From Eledone cirrhosa (lineage: Eukaryota): a stretch of DNA of 64,000 nt. Positions 62,565-64,000 of this stretch are shown here, one piece after another. The notes under the pieces are model-generated. The model was given only the letters and a program-made list of their open reading frames with translations. It was not told where the DNA came from and ran no database searches. A program made the position numbers and the translations under genes. Position 1 is the stretch's first letter, and each line of letters begins with the position of its first letter. Where the stretch lies: assembly GCA_964016885.1 (NCBI GenBank), contig OZ024747.1, positions 68,510,001 to 68,574,000 on the forward strand, read 5' to 3'.

Positions 62565-63324
62565 TTAAAAATTCAAGTTTTTACTCTCCCACTGTAAACA
62601 AATGTTCACAATGATATGTCTAATAGTAAAAATACTATAAACATTTCAATTAACAAACTTATTTTTATATATTTTCTGCTAAAATCATTATGGGAGGTTA
62701 GGAGCTAAATAAGAAACAAAGTTTGATGAAATTGTAAATTTGAATAAATTTGCATAGAATATTAATCTACATATATGTTAACTGGCATATGCATATTGTA
62801 TAAAATGGTTGTCTCATATTCTTTACAGGGATTTTACAGTTTGTTGATAGTTTTCCTTTATTTCGTCTGGATTATGACTGTTTAATCTGCTGTGTTTGTT
62901 TTCCATCATTAGAAAACATAACAAAATTGAATGCGCTCTGCAAATCGGTTGGCATTAGAATGAGCATCCAGCTATGAAACTATGCCAAAATAAGACATAT
63001 TTCAGTGAGATGTGCTCATTCAACCTATTTAGGTGGGCAGTAGCTCTGATGAAGTATTAACTGTTATGACCTGTCCACCTCATGCTTGTATCTGAAAATA
63101 GATGTAAAGTGATGAGTGCAATAATTTTAATTTAATTTTCTAAGGATATCATTTTATTTAACCTAGAATTTTTCCCTACGCTGACGTGTATGTATATGTG
63201 TAGATGTGCATATGCATACATTTATATGTGTGAGTATATAAATATAAACATGCAAACACAGACACACTTACAAAAATACACACTCAGACATACATTCACA
63301 CAAACACACACATACATTTGCAAT

Positions 63325-63477
63325 GCGATTCTGTCACATGTAAAGAAAGAGGAGTAGTTTGACTATCTCATACTACTCCTCTCTCTTTATGTCTGCTGCC
63401 TGTGTGAAAGATGTAGGAGTAGTATGAGGTAGTCAAACTACTCTTCTCTCTCTTTACCTGTTGTGACAGAATCGCAG
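63325..63477. repeat. Fold-back inverted repeat with self-palindromic arms
   Basis: tgcgattctgtcaca...aggagtagtttgactatctcatactactcct / aggagtagtatgaggtagtcaaactactctt...tgtgacagaatcgca. Confidence 0.7.
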
Positions 63478-64000
63478 AAATTTATATATAAATTTATCAT
63501 ACAGAGAGTCTGTTTGTTAAAAGATTGTAGAAAAATATATTTTCCATAGATTTTTTTGGTTTTGTTTTACAAGCAAATAAACATAGACAATTAAATATAT
63601 TTTTGTACATATATTCATCATCACCTTCATCATCTTTTAATGTCCATTTTCCATGCTAGCAGTTGTCCCGTTGTAAAACAAGTCAGATCAGATGACCATG
63701 TCTTACTCACACAGCCATTTCTGGCTTGGTTTCTACAGTTGAATGCCCTTTCCAATGCCAACTACATTTACAGTGTGGACTGGGTGCCTTTTATTGTGGT
63801 ACCAAAACAACCACTTTACAAGTGTGGACTGGGTGTCATTTCATATGTAATATTTTCAGATTACTTAGAAATGAATAATTAAGTATTATTTCTTTAGCTT
63901 CTTAGTAGGTATGAAACGAACAAACCTCTTGAAATTAAAAAATAAAATTTTTTTTTTTTGTTAAAATGTTTGTTTCCTTTTATTTTAATGTTAACTTCAA

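Overview
AT-rich, intron- and repeat-dense animal genomic DNA. The repeat landscape (tRNA-derived SINEs, RTE-type (GAT)n tails, abundant microsatellites) resembles octopod cephalopods; this is an inference. Three spliced genes could be rebuilt by hand from GT-AG junctions with consistent phases. (1) A complete 8-exon SNRNP40 (U5 snRNP 40 kDa WD40 protein; minus strand, 28983->20303, 345 aa). (2) A complete MFS/SLC16 (monocarboxylate-transporter-like) gene with 6 coding exons and an unusual ~260-aa soluble N-terminal extension (plus, 40892->53306, 680 aa). (3) The first two coding exons of NUP133 (plus, 59280->62269; the gene continues past the window). The rest is mobile DNA: two Penelope-like element (PLE) remnants with GIY-YIG endonucleases, an internally deleted Helitron and two mini-Helitrons, piggyBac-like (TTAA), hAT (8-bp TSD) and mariner (TA) MITEs, SINEs, RTE-like LINE fragments, and a 2.4-kb TTAGGG-containing minisatellite. 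The most unusual signal is a set of hammerhead-ribozyme motifs from about four sequence families. Two of them lie in long inverted repeats that put a hammerhead core on both strands, and one family has a ~60-nt elongated stem II. All structures were read by eye; no folding or database search was run.
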